From: a virus
Strand: one strand, 5' to 3'
Virus record (IMG/VR): IMGVR_UViG_3300032285_003860
DNA: 64,000 nt
Under the pieces are notes generated by a model, which was given only the letters and a program-made list of their open reading frames with translations, was not told the origin of the DNA and searched no databases. Numbering within the stretch: position 1 is the first letter of the stretch; each line of letters opens with the position of its first letter. Made by a program: the position numbers and the translations under genes. Shown in pieces: positions 10,401 through 20,112 of this stretch.

Positions 10401-12279
10401 TATTCTGGTCGATGGATTTGATCCAATTTTCTATGAGTATGTTGGTGGAAGAATTGGTTCTGGGGCAAATAATGAAGGTGGCTATAATAGCAAAAATATT
10501 ATTGGCGATCAATGGTTGGATTTTTACGCAAAAAATTGGGGAGTTTATAATGCCCCAAATTGCCCTAATTATGGTACTCACGAGGAGCGTCTTGCTAAGA
10601 ATGATAATTATTTGATACTTTCATCATTTACAAATAGCGGTCTAAATATTTATGCCAGAGGATTAAACTATTATCCCTATTTTAGCAATTGGACTTATAC
10701 TAAAATGAATGGGTTGGGCAATATAGGCGTTACAACCAGCCAAATTAATTTAAATGGTGAATCTTATTATAATTTTGATTTGCAAAATATATTCCCCACC
10801 AAAACTGTTCCATTAAGTGGTCAATTTTATTCTTCTGGCGGTTTTAATCTTGGACCTTTCCCTCAAGATGTTGAGCTTTGTGTTTCTGGAGCAGATTCTA
10901 TTATTCCAAGCGGTTATCTTTTTGTGGATGGAGAGCAAATGACTTTTAATTATCTCGGTAACTGTCCAATAAATAATATGGAAAATTTTGTTCCTAATTC
11001 TGGAATTATTACAAGTCAAGCTGGAAGAGGGTCTCTATTAACTACTTTTAAATTAATTCCTTCTGGTTCTTTTGTAAACTTAAATATAAAAAGTTTTACA
11101 TCTATTGGTTCAGGTTTAATTGGAATTACTGGAAAATCAACGGTGACCATTCGTCCAAGAACTTTGCTTGGCGCAGTCAATACTGATAATTATGATGATT
11201 ATGGGTATCCATTCATTTCTGGGGATTATCTCGCTAATATGAATGCTTCTAATTATATAAATAATGGCTCAGAAAGCATTTTCTCTGCAAATCTTAGTCA
11301 ATTTACAGATTTGATTGGTCAAAATATATCAAAGCAGACCCCAGTGCGTTCGGAGATAATTTTCCCCGTTCCTGGTCCTGATTTTATTCCTTATCTTAGT
11401 GGTTTGGGTCTAGTTACTTCGGACGCCAATGGAAATTATGTATTTACAACTACAAGAGGGCCCACTTATGATTATTGGGTAAATAAAAATCCTTATGCCT
11501 TATTTACTGGAATTAGAGAATCAACAAGGCTTTCAATTCAAATTGATAATATTTCTTTAGATTATTCTCCTGTACCATATCAAAGCTATAAAAATATTAT
11601 TGTGTCTGGGGCATGTACAATAAGCGGAGAATTTTCTTATACTGGACAAGCAGAAAGCGCAATACTTTCCCAAGGTATAGTTTTGTCGGGATGGACTGGA
11701 AGCGGATATTCTGCTGCTGTATTAAGAGATATTTCTGCGCCAATTTATGTTTCTGATATATTAAGTCGTCTTCCTGGAAATTTGCTTCCTTCTGGACAAG
11801 GGATAAACTATCTTTTAGAAGCCCCCTCTTTAATGAAAAAGAGAAAGCGCTTTTTTCAAATTACTGGTGGAGATACTTATATTGATGCTCCGCCTCCAGG
11901 GGTAACCAATTACAATAAATTCGCTTGGCCAGCTTTAAGTGATTTAGCTACTTTGAATCCAAACATTGTTTACGAACAGCTTCCTCCAGAAGATGGGTTT
12001 ATTTTTCCAACAGATAATTTAATATTTAGCGCATCTCAAGGGCAAGCGATTTTAACTGGAGCAACATCTGGAACAAAATTCAATCCAGTAGAAAACGTCA
12101 CCTATCAAGCAATTTTAAATTACGCTTTTCTAGATAGTACTGCGACTAATTCACTATATAATTCTGGAAAATGTATTTTTCCATTTACAGAAGGCTCTAA
12201 TATAATAAATAGCGGCAATCTAACTGGAGTACTCGTACAAGAGCGCACTCCTTTGGCAGTCTATATAAATTTCGTATAA
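7480..12279 (+). CDS. Large virion structural protein (tail fibre/baseplate-like)
   Basis: 1599 aa, composition rich in S/G/N/Y with many SG/TG dipeptides, tandem with the previous gene; no enzyme motifs. Confidence 0.5.
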   Translation: MSINSQLFGLASAVAYIRQGGGTTAKNIIQGMSNAFGGTNDDGTYAYNLFQADTGILYTNGFNLSYISYANLENTVSPLVGNIPVLNVGISALTYGYGNYYSIGESNIVNYINKFNTAMGYPNISITESDFDIIFSSLSLEGINNDVINSPDSANPIGKNVNYNWYDSSVLFGLDKSTSHATLIKDIENQYYYLTGKLIYDPIPGDLVKCISSGTLINTSSGVIFTNYILNQPCYDADSYIGPVSGINFFRTFNDGPGTSGYFDDTVTQEYVNFDKAILAKEDYSSNNRALYSYQTDENGNYLFLKSGVNIDVPGVFNPSEEYGAGHTNKISAGQYCSFTGYYAEGVPLMRMHQGDNQLKWNVQKSYVGDYPNGICVITSSLENWTGWKLVNFELDESQSEYFQNVLTNPDANLKRFLKRCLSLTNSKDSHGNPVTPYSLVYEYNTGVLACYGPYNAPTDELGHLIPTYVGPPQLNGSADLPGLAFYQTFDNSNFPDSGGEYITINIRPVISSSSAGSINGDSTRTFSSSVSNSNLFSLSGSSHAGLNAAKLSFNKKIDSSGLSGYDDIFKKCLSIGDNFQNSISGALYPQSNAGFNYSGGIYFSGNEIVYPQDLLHLSKLIGSEYSGVMFLTGFQNINDNSVSLINRYDSQFYTGNVSNGAKTAGENVGYYYFQDTILGASNAGWESFSPIPPDVQNDADNLPYLSGIYSGISLTSKVENYLPRYYSGPYRSYSIKFLYPNASGATITYDSKLNGFPYKITYSMTIKEESVREVYGLSGLYSSQQNLYPIRANAFGGTSALNELMPTMFLSPYTYNFNVNKSIYPDSGGFNHSASYGGFVNGFYVPNFRNNINDPYNAPNYCTQSFLNSNAYQDSCSFINGIKTTGKVNYKVIYTGGGLTKKIGFIEPALDSTLFWNYSSNKITGEAFYVPPVFDLSTYTINPSQNLLDMTVNRLFGKKTDPTFSNNGLVRTGILVDGFDPIFYEYVGGRIGSGANNEGGYNSKNIIGDQWLDFYAKNWGVYNAPNCPNYGTHEERLAKNDNYLILSSFTNSGLNIYARGLNYYPYFSNWTYTKMNGLGNIGVTTSQINLNGESYYNFDLQNIFPTKTVPLSGQFYSSGGFNLGPFPQDVELCVSGADSIIPSGYLFVDGEQMTFNYLGNCPINNMENFVPNSGIITSQAGRGSLLTTFKLIPSGSFVNLNIKSFTSIGSGLIGITGKSTVTIRPRTLLGAVNTDNYDDYGYPFISGDYLANMNASNYINNGSESIFSANLSQFTDLIGQNISKQTPVRSEIIFPVPGPDFIPYLSGLGLVTSDANGNYVFTTTRGPTYDYWVNKNPYALFTGIRESTRLSIQIDNISLDYSPVPYQSYKNIIVSGACTISGEFSYTGQAESAILSQGIVLSGWTGSGYSAAVLRDISAPIYVSDILSRLPGNLLPSGQGINYLLEAPSLMKKRKRFFQITGGDTYIDAPPPGVTNYNKFAWPALSDLATLNPNIVYEQLPPEDGFIFPTDNLIFSASQGQAILTGATSGTKFNPVENVTYQAILNYAFLDSTATNSLYNSGKCIFPFTEGSNIINSGNLTGVLVQERTPLAVYINFV

Positions 12280-12280
12280 A

Positions 12281-14842
12281 TTACGATTCCTTTAATTCTG
12301 CCAATTTACTATAAATTTTATTTTGTTGGGTAGCGATGATGTCTGCAAAGACACAATCATCTTCCATTTTTGTGCCGCAAACAATGACAATGTCTCCTTC
12401 TTTTGGCAAACCATTATTCAAAGACTTACATTGTTCAAGCTTGTCTTTAAAAATCATGACCTTCAAGCTTCCTGTTTCGTCGCTGATTTGAAATCTAGCA
12501 TAAGTATTTCCATTTTTTGTTTTTCCTGTTTTGGGCGCTTCTTCTAATACTCCAATGAAATCGCATTTTGTTTTTTCTCCATATCCTTGGATATCAACAA
12601 TAGGCTCTAGGGTTTCTTTTTTAGAAAGGAATATATCAATCAATTTTTTGCCATGAGTATATCCAATCAACTTGTTCTCATACCACCAATTTGCAAAATC
12701 CATGCATCCCTTGTTCTGCAAATAAATTAATTTATATTTTTCCGAATGCTTCTTTATCGTTTCAAATCGAGAGGCCTTAATAAGATTTTTGCCTTTTTCA
12801 TCTTTAATTGTATCAACTAAAGCTTTGACTGTTTTGGAGACGCTATTTTCATAATTGTTTGCATAATTGATAACGTGCCTTTTTTCTTTATCCGTTAAGA
12901 TATTCCAAAGCTGCGCCTCGTAAACAAGTAATGGGCGATTATTAGATAAGCTATCAAGCGTACCAGCTTGAATAAGAGCAGACAAAACACCTATTCCAAG
13001 ACCAGCTTCTTTAGAAGACTCAAAAAGTTCAAATTTATTAGAATGGCGTCTTTTAAAATTATTAAATTTTTCAATTGTTTTTTCACTTATGCCCCTAATA
13101 GAAGACAAGCCAAATCGAATGTTTTTGCCTTCAATAGAGAAATCGACTTCGGAGAGGGTTAAACTTGGAGGAAGCAATTCAACCTTCAATGCGTTCATTT
13201 CTTTATGAATCTTAGAGATTTCGCCAATTGGGTCGGGTTCATGCCTAGTCATTTTCAACAATGACAAATAAAATTGAGTAGGATGATTAAACTTTAAATA
13301 TACTGTTTGCGCACACAATACGGAATAAGAGAAGCTGTGAGACTTGTTAAATTGATAACCGCCAGAGTCTTCAACGATTTTCCAGAAGACTTCGCCCACT
13401 TCTTTGGGGAGTTTATTTTCTTTGACCTTTTCTTCAATCTTTGCTTTCCAAGTTTTAATTTCTTCAATCTTCTTTTTACCAATGCATCGACGAATCTGTT
13501 CTGATTCATCCAAGGTAAAGCCAATTTTATTAGCCATTTTCATAGCCTGTTCTTGATAAAGACACAGTCCGCCGGTTTCTCGTAAAACATCATCAAAGAA
13601 TGGATGAATTGAATCTACTGTTCCTGTATTAGAATAATTTGCAAAGTTATCTGCAAATTGCAAGGCTCCTGGTCGAGCAATAGCCAATACAGCACTGATT
13701 TCAGACAAATTCTTTGGTTTAACTTTCTTTGCGACCTTAAAATTAGTCTCTGCTTCAATTTGAAAGACTCCATGAGGATATTTCAAATCTTGTAGATGCA
13801 AATAAATAGATTCTTCATTTACATTGATATCTTGAGGCTTAATTCCCAAAGACTTGCAGCAATCATCAATTACTGATACGCTTCTCAAGCCGAGGGCGTC
13901 CAGCTTAACAGCAAACTCTGCCACCCATCCCATGTCATAACTAGATACTTCTTCTTTGTCAGAAGAAAGTTCTGTTGGGCAACAGTCTTCCAGCTTGTCA
14001 AAAGAAATCAGGATTCCAGAAGGATGGACTCCCTTGTTTTTAATTAAATCTTTTAATTTTAAAGCGGTATCATAAATCAAAGAATTTTTACTGCACCATT
14101 CTTTAAACTCTGGGGAAGTCTCATACGCCTCCTTCATGTCCATAATGATACCATGGTTTTTTGGAATAAAACCCGTAACCATCGTCATTTCTTCCTCGGG
14201 CTTCATTCCTAGAACTTTGCCAACTTCTTTAATACAAAGCTTTGCAGAAAGAGTGTTGAGAGTAAGGATTTTTGAAGTTTTACCTTTGTATTTTTGATTG
14301 ATATAATCAATAACTTTAGAACGCTGATAATAATCAAAATCAATATCAACATCCATCAGAAGAGAGCCAGCAAGATAAATAATTCCATCAATAACAGTCT
14401 TTTTTGAGCGAGTTTTTGAAATGAAGCGTTCAAAATATAATTCATTTTTTAATGAATCAATCTTTGTCACACCAATAAGAAAAAGAACAAGACTTCCAGC
14501 GGCAGATCCACGACCTGGACCAGTGGGAATATTTTGCTCTCTGCAAAAGTTTACAACATCCCATACCAACAGAATATAATCGACTAGACCAAGGTCATTG
14601 ATTGTATCTAATTCGTATTTGACTCTGGTGGAATAATCTTTGTATTCTTTTGAGCCTTTTGCATGACCCAAAGCAAGGAAACCTTTTTTACAAAGAGAAC
14701 GTAAAAAATCAAAATTAGAGCAATCCTCTCCTAATCCCAAATCTTTTCTATGGCGTTCCTCGATTTTAATTTCTGGAAGACGCACTCCTTTAATTGGGCT
14801 TTCAATTGTAGAGAACTGACTGACAAAATCCAAAGTATTCAT
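12281..14842 (-). CDS. dnaE: DNA polymerase III alpha catalytic part (C-family, lacking PHP)
   Basis: GPGRGSAAGSLV, FERF, DVDIDF, HPSGI, KLDALGL, GVFQIE, LYQEQ, FNKSHS, C-terminal OB fold. Confidence 0.95.
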   Translation of the reverse strand: MNTLDFVSQFSTIESPIKGVRLPEIKIEERHRKDLGLGEDCSNFDFLRSLCKKGFLALGHAKGSKEYKDYSTRVKYELDTINDLGLVDYILLVWDVVNFCREQNIPTGPGRGSAAGSLVLFLIGVTKIDSLKNELYFERFISKTRSKKTVIDGIIYLAGSLLMDVDIDFDYYQRSKVIDYINQKYKGKTSKILTLNTLSAKLCIKEVGKVLGMKPEEEMTMVTGFIPKNHGIIMDMKEAYETSPEFKEWCSKNSLIYDTALKLKDLIKNKGVHPSGILISFDKLEDCCPTELSSDKEEVSSYDMGWVAEFAVKLDALGLRSVSVIDDCCKSLGIKPQDINVNEESIYLHLQDLKYPHGVFQIEAETNFKVAKKVKPKNLSEISAVLAIARPGALQFADNFANYSNTGTVDSIHPFFDDVLRETGGLCLYQEQAMKMANKIGFTLDESEQIRRCIGKKKIEEIKTWKAKIEEKVKENKLPKEVGEVFWKIVEDSGGYQFNKSHSFSYSVLCAQTVYLKFNHPTQFYLSLLKMTRHEPDPIGEISKIHKEMNALKVELLPPSLTLSEVDFSIEGKNIRFGLSSIRGISEKTIEKFNNFKRRHSNKFELFESSKEAGLGIGVLSALIQAGTLDSLSNNRPLLVYEAQLWNILTDKEKRHVINYANNYENSVSKTVKALVDTIKDEKGKNLIKASRFETIKKHSEKYKLIYLQNKGCMDFANWWYENKLIGYTHGKKLIDIFLSKKETLEPIVDIQGYGEKTKCDFIGVLEEAPKTGKTKNGNTYARFQISDETGSLKVMIFKDKLEQCKSLNNGLPKEGDIVIVCGTKMEDDCVFADIIATQQNKIYSKLAELKES

Positions 14843-15483
14843 ATTTCTATTTGATATTTTAGCTTATTCCAGACTTTGAGGTTTAATTGCAAATCAACCA
14901 GTGCGTTATGCAAATTGTCATAGTCATGATCTATATTATACTCTTTACCAAGAGAAGTCAAGTTCGTTTTAATGCCTTTTATATGTGCGTTTGCCATCGT
15001 GTATTGATAATCCATCCAAACATCATCATTTGGTCTATATGGGCGGTTCATTTTGATTCCTTGCGCAACGGATTTTGTATCAATGATTTTATCAAGGATA
15101 AAAGACCAATCTTCACCCATATATTCGAAATATCCTTTTAATAAGTAAATGTCAAATCGTAAACCATTGTGCATTATAATTTTATCTGCCCATTTTAACG
15201 ATTCAATGATTTTCGGAAATGCCTCATCGGGCGTAACACTGTTTTTATCAAAATGAGCTTGATTGAACTTGGTTACCATTGCCGCCCCTGCGCCTATTTT
15301 AAATTTACAATCATCCCACTTGATTAGAAGATCTATTTCTTCGATAATCTGTTCTCCTTCTACCTTTAATACTGCAATCTGCCAAGGTCTATTTGCCTGA
15401 AAATTTAAATTTAAATTAAATGTTTCGCAATCAATAAGTGCAATCTTTGCTTTTTTATTAAATCTGATAAGATGTTCGTCCAT
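14839..15483 (-). CDS. DEDDh 3'-5' exonuclease (epsilon/DnaQ-like)
   Basis: IDCET, HNGLRFD, IIDT, HNALVD motifs; likely start ATG at 15483 (MDEHLIRF). Confidence 0.85.
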   Translation of the reverse strand: MDEHLIRFNKKAKIALIDCETFNLNLNFQANRPWQIAVLKVEGEQIIEEIDLLIKWDDCKFKIGAGAAMVTKFNQAHFDKNSVTPDEAFPKIIESLKWADKIIMHNGLRFDIYLLKGYFEYMGEDWSFILDKIIDTKSVAQGIKMNRPYRPNDDVWMDYQYTMANAHIKGIKTNLTSLGKEYNIDHDYDNLHNALVDLQLNLKVWNKLKYQIEI

Positions 15484-15487
15484 AATA

Positions 15488-16249
15488 TTATTTGTTATTT
15501 TCACGCAGCCAACGGTCATAATTAAATGAATCACTGCAAAGATGATTAAATTCTGGCTTTTCTATATTTGTTCTTTCCGAAATGCATCTAAATGTGTTGT
15601 AGGCAATAAAGTCAAGTTTTGATTTATAATAAATGCTTTGAACTTCAAGCGTTTCTAATTTATTATTTTTACTATAATCAAGTACTTTTTTTCGCAGCAG
15701 CCCATCAAACGGAATTCCATTATCTTCTAAAAACATTATTGGTTTAATTGCGCCAAATTCAGGGACATGAAAATGACCTTCAAAAGAATTTAAATGAAGA
15801 AAAGAGTCATAAAATGGCACTGCGAGACTCAAATCTTCTACCCATAATCTATGAAGATTTGCAAAGTCTAAACAGGCATTGTAGTAAAACCCCTCTTTTG
15901 CCGCAATGCTCCAAAGCTTTATTAAAGCCTGATAACCTTTATTATTTTTGGCGAAAATGATATATTTCGCCCTGCTGTTTAGCGAATCTGCGTCCTGATT
16001 TTTAATATCTTTTGTTATTGAAATTCTTAATCCAAAGATTAATTTAAGTTTATTTTCTGTGCATCGAGTAATTGCCTCTAAAAAAGAAGAAACATTATCC
16101 TCGACAAGACAAAGATGGTCTTGTTTGGAATGAAGAACTAAATCAATGATAGAAACAGGATAATTTTCAATTGAACCAGATGGCTTTTCTAGGGTATTAA
16201 TTGATTTTCCCAAAGAAAAATGGCTTTTGTAACAAGCAAGTTTTTGCAT
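15488..16249 (-). CDS. Stand-alone PHP domain of DNA polymerase III alpha
   Basis: KSHFSLGKS, KLIFGLRI, IIFAKNNKGYQALIKLWS match the DnaE N-terminal PHP; most metal-binding His lost. Confidence 0.85.
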   Translation of the reverse strand: MQKLACYKSHFSLGKSINTLEKPSGSIENYPVSIIDLVLHSKQDHLCLVEDNVSSFLEAITRCTENKLKLIFGLRISITKDIKNQDADSLNSRAKYIIFAKNNKGYQALIKLWSIAAKEGFYYNACLDFANLHRLWVEDLSLAVPFYDSFLHLNSFEGHFHVPEFGAIKPIMFLEDNGIPFDGLLRKKVLDYSKNNKLETLEVQSIYYKSKLDFIAYNTFRCISERTNIEKPEFNHLCSDSFNYDRWLRENNK

Positions 16250-16287
16250 ATGTTATCATAGTGCCATTAGTTTAAAAAAAGTCAAGC

Positions 16288-17340
16288 TTAAAAATCATCT
16301 AATGCATCTTTATATTTCTTCTCTATCTTAGTCTCTGGCAATTCGCCTATTGCATTACAATATCTTGGGCAACCTTTATAAACTGCTTCTTCAATAACTT
16401 GACCTTCTTTTAAAACAATATCTTCTTTCTTTTTGTAAGATTTGATTTCTTTTCCGTCTTTTTTAACAATATAGTAAGTAAAGCCAAATTTATAACTGCA
16501 ATGCCACATTGGGGTGCCATCTTTTTTTAATTGACCAGGTTCTTTGGCAAAACCGCACATGAGCTTTCCAGAAAAAGTTCCATCTGTTGGCATACCCTTA
16601 TCTGCCGCCATATTAGAATAAGCCTGTTTTTCAGAAAAATTTTCTAATCTGTTTTGAATAGATTCAAGATAATATTCTGCTCCCTTTAATTGGTCTTCAT
16701 TAAATGATACTTCAACAATTGGGTCTTCTGGAAATTGTAAAAAGACAAACCTGACTTTTGGGGTCAATTCTGGCCATATTTTTTTGCAAGCAATAGAATA
16801 AATTATGCCCTGAAGATTAGAATCAATATCTTCTCCCTCAAATTTCTTTTTTGAAGTCTTATAGTCATCAATAATAATCTCGTTGCCTTTTTTAGATGGG
16901 CGGTCAATAAATCCTCGAATCAAATATCTAGGAGATTCATTAAGAATATTAAATTCATATTCTGGCTTAATTAGTTTTGCGCCCTTCACATAAAAGTCAG
17001 CCTTTAGACCAACAAGAATCATTTGATTGATATGGTCGTAAACTTCTTTTGTATTTGGAAGCTTATACTTTTTAATTCTATTTTTGATAAATCTATTTAC
17101 CGTTGGGCATCCAGAGATATGGTCTTTTTTAATTATTAATTTATATTTATTTTTGTGCTTTGGCAGAATCAATAGTTCAAATAGGTCATGAACAACAGAA
17201 CCCTTCAATGCTCCCTCATTTGTAGAATCAGGCACATTATTTTTATACTTTTGAAAGTATGTCCAGCTACAGCCTTCAAAAGTCTTGACCTTTGATGCAG
17301 ATATTGCTGTAAGCTCTAATTTAGGTATTGCTTCTTCCAT
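16288..17340 (-). CDS. PD-(D/E)XK RecB/Cas4-like exonuclease
   Basis: SASKVKTFEGC, GSVVH, RGFID, IDDYKT, Q..IY, C-terminal Cys. Confidence 0.85.
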   Translation of the reverse strand: MEEAIPKLELTAISASKVKTFEGCSWTYFQKYKNNVPDSTNEGALKGSVVHDLFELLILPKHKNKYKLIIKKDHISGCPTVNRFIKNRIKKYKLPNTKEVYDHINQMILVGLKADFYVKGAKLIKPEYEFNILNESPRYLIRGFIDRPSKKGNEIIIDDYKTSKKKFEGEDIDSNLQGIIYSIACKKIWPELTPKVRFVFLQFPEDPIVEVSFNEDQLKGAEYYLESIQNRLENFSEKQAYSNMAADKGMPTDGTFSGKLMCGFAKEPGQLKKDGTPMWHCSYKFGFTYYIVKKDGKEIKSYKKKEDIVLKEGQVIEEAVYKGCPRYCNAIGELPETKIEKKYKDALDDF

Positions 17341-18215
17341 GAATAAATTTCCTCGCAGCTCATTTCACCAAAATCTTTGGCAGTCGGTAGAGCAATAGTG
17401 ACTTGACTTTCATCAAAATAATTCAAAAGCTTTTCTTTATATTCCAATGAAGCTTTGTTTCCAACAAAACTGTTATATTCATCATTGTTTAAAGAAATGA
17501 TGATGCGTCCTGCATCCAATTTTAAAAGGTGTTGTATAATTTTGGGGCTAAGACTAACGCCAAAAGACACAAGAACATTATTTATTCCACATTCCATCAT
17601 CTTTAAGCAGTCTCCAATTGATTCAACCAATATGACACAGTTTGCTTTTTTAATTGCTTCTGAAGCATTGGTTGGGAAAATAAAGTCTTTCTTTTGCCCC
17701 AATATCTTCCATTTTGGTAGAGAATCATTATTTTGCAATAGTCTTCCAGCAAAACCAATCAAATCTTCCCTATCGTTGAATATTGGAAACACATATCTAC
17801 CTTTCATCCTGCCATTTTGGGCTACTCCACCGCCAAACTGATTCAAAACATGGTCAGAAATGCCTCTTTTCTTCCAATATGAGTTATCTTTTAATAATTT
17901 AATTAAAAGTTCCTTGTCAAACTTCTTGGTGTCGCACAATTCTATGGATTCTGAATTACTTATAGATATTGGTAGGTCTCCAATATAATTTTTAGTATCT
18001 CTTATAGAGGGCAAATTAAGCGTTTTCTGCACTAACTGTGCCAAACCACCACCAATACGCTCCGCGTGGTCGTACCATTGACCATTTGATTTTTTAATAC
18101 AAAGAACTGTCGGGTTATCAGAATCACGATATAGGGGTTTTGCCCTCCATACATCTCCAGAATCAACCAAAGTGACATATCCAATACTATTTAATACTGA
18201 AAGAACATCGCTCAT
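17316..18215 (-). CDS. dnaG: DNA primase (Toprim)
   Basis: GRYVFPIFN..LIGFAGR, ILVESIGD Toprim motif, KDFGE. Confidence 0.85.
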   Translation of the reverse strand: MSDVLSVLNSIGYVTLVDSGDVWRAKPLYRDSDNPTVLCIKKSNGQWYDHAERIGGGLAQLVQKTLNLPSIRDTKNYIGDLPISISNSESIELCDTKKFDKELLIKLLKDNSYWKKRGISDHVLNQFGGGVAQNGRMKGRYVFPIFNDREDLIGFAGRLLQNNDSLPKWKILGQKKDFIFPTNASEAIKKANCVILVESIGDCLKMMECGINNVLVSFGVSLSPKIIQHLLKLDAGRIIISLNNDEYNSFVGNKASLEYKEKLLNYFDESQVTIALPTAKDFGEMSCEEIYSWKKQYLN

Positions 18216-19696
18216 AGTGTTTCCTCCCTTATTGTGGGTTGATCTGCAACCAGAAATTGAGAATTTTGTCTGTTTATTGTATCAAGCAGAGAACCTCTTT
18301 CTTCTACTTTAAAATTATTAATATTAAAATTAATAAAATTAGGCACATATTTCTGGGTTCCATCTGGAAAAGTCCTACGAATCAAGTTGTTGTGCCCTGC
18401 CGCATTCCTCCCTTGATAGCGAGCCTTGATTTCAATCAATTTGTGCGTTCCGCTTTCTGGAGTATCCATAACCATTTCATCCTCTGTTCTGCGACGAAAA
18501 ATGCCCAAATAAGTAGTAAACCACATTAGTCGGTCTGAAAGAGCGATTGCTGAACCATCATCCGTGACATCCTGAGCTTTTTTATTTGTATTTTCTCCAG
18601 AGCGATTCAATTGGATGGCAGTCAACAAAGGAAAGTCGAATTCCACAGAGATTCTCTTGAGCTTGTCTACTTTTTCTCCCAAAGCTTGATGCTCTGCCCA
18701 ATTTTGGGCAAGTTTTTCTCCAGTCAATTTCAGATAATCATAAACTACAATAGCTTTATTACCCCTTCCAACCACATTCAAATACCAACGACGAATAATA
18801 GAACACACTTCGTCAACGTTTTTATTGCCAACATAATAATGATAAGTTTTATAATCTTTCTTAAGATTTTTAAGATGCTTTCTTACCTTTTCAACGTAAT
18901 CAGGATTTTTTCTCCAATTACCGCTTTCAAGATACCAAAGAGGTACTCCTGAATTTGCGGCAGCGGTACGAAATTTAATTTCTTCCGTGGTCATTTCTGT
19001 GTCAAGAACAAGAACGGGGACTTTATTAATCCTTCCTGATTCATTGGCCCAATCATTAAGGATTGTTGTTTTACCTTGTCCTGCGCGAGAAGCAATTGCA
19101 TAAATGTTTCCGCCGCGCAATCCACCATAGCAACGATTAAATTCAGGATACGGAGTGACCAAGCCATTTTCTTCTTGAGGATTATTCCCTCTTTCTTCGA
19201 CCATTTCAAGAATATCTTCGAAAAGCGCAGAGGGCTTACCATCAGTATCAAAAGAAATCATCTTTTCTCCATAGATTGCATCTACTTCAGAAATGGTTGT
19301 ATTTAGTTCTTGATTTGCAGATTTATTAACATGGTCTTTGATTCTATTGCAAGACTCTTCAATATCTCTCAAAGCCCTGAGCTTAACAAGCTCTTTGCAA
19401 GCTTTAAGCGTTGCCTCTTTTGTAATAGAGGCAAAAGAAATACTTTCTACATAAGAAAAAATATCAATATTGTCTTTAAATGCAATACCAAGATTTTTAA
19501 TCTTTTGAGCGAGGATAACTTTGTCAATTTTTTCGTTTTGAAGAAAAGAAGACCTAATGCAGCTATAAATTGTCGAATGAGGCTGGGCAACAAAATCTTT
19601 TTCAGAAACAAAAGATTCTATTTCAGATATTGCATCTTGATTTTGAATCAATCCTGCTAAAACGTGTTTTTCTATCTGTAATGAATGTAAAGGCAT
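18212..19696 (-). CDS. dnaB: Replicative DNA helicase
   Basis: ASRAGQGKT Walker A, DTEM, VYDYL, QLNR. Confidence 0.92.
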   Translation of the reverse strand: MPLHSLQIEKHVLAGLIQNQDAISEIESFVSEKDFVAQPHSTIYSCIRSSFLQNEKIDKVILAQKIKNLGIAFKDNIDIFSYVESISFASITKEATLKACKELVKLRALRDIEESCNRIKDHVNKSANQELNTTISEVDAIYGEKMISFDTDGKPSALFEDILEMVEERGNNPQEENGLVTPYPEFNRCYGGLRGGNIYAIASRAGQGKTTILNDWANESGRINKVPVLVLDTEMTTEEIKFRTAAANSGVPLWYLESGNWRKNPDYVEKVRKHLKNLKKDYKTYHYYVGNKNVDEVCSIIRRWYLNVVGRGNKAIVVYDYLKLTGEKLAQNWAEHQALGEKVDKLKRISVEFDFPLLTAIQLNRSGENTNKKAQDVTDDGSAIALSDRLMWFTTYLGIFRRRTEDEMVMDTPESGTHKLIEIKARYQGRNAAGHNNLIRRTFPDGTQKYVPNFINFNINNFKVEERGSLLDTINRQNSQFLVADQPTIREETL

Positions 19697-19740
19697 ACGA
19701 TACTTTATAGTATGCCTTAAAATTAGTTTTTGGTCAAGAT

Positions 19741-20043
19741 TTAAATTACGTCTGAATCGTCTTCACCAGACTGAGCCTCTTCATCCCTTACGGACGTTTC
19801 AATATTGAATCTTGCGCTTTCAATATTCATGTCGTTTAATGCTACAGCCCAATCTGTTATATGCTTTTGTAAAGCTAAACAATGCGCGGGAGAATCAAAT
19901 GTCATTATATTTTCTGGTTGGCCATCTTCATTATTAAAATAAAATAAAATAAACCCTCCAGCCGTATGCTCAACCAATTGATTGATTACTTGGTCTGGAA
20001 CTGACCCATTGTTTTTACTTTTTTGCTTCGACATCTTGCTCAT
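19741..20043 (-). CDS. Hypothetical protein
   Basis: 100-aa ORF in operon orientation, acidic C-terminus; true start may be the second Met at 20034. Confidence 0.6.
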   Translation of the reverse strand: MSKMSKQKSKNNGSVPDQVINQLVEHTAGGFILFYFNNEDGQPENIMTFDSPAHCLALQKHITDWAVALNDMNIESARFNIETSVRDEEAQSGEDDSDVI

Positions 20044-20112
20044 AATTACACACTTATACCCATCAAGTATATAATATTAATATTAATCATTAATAATTAA
20101 AAAATAAATATA

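Noticed and set aside
12281-16249. Split intein in dnaE as in cyanobacteria
   Set aside because: No intein N-terminal C/S block or terminal HN motif at the break; the split is at a domain boundary
16288-17340. Cas4 as part of a CRISPR-Cas system
   Set aside because: No repeat-spacer array or other cas genes seen; replication-module context fits a solo phage nuclease
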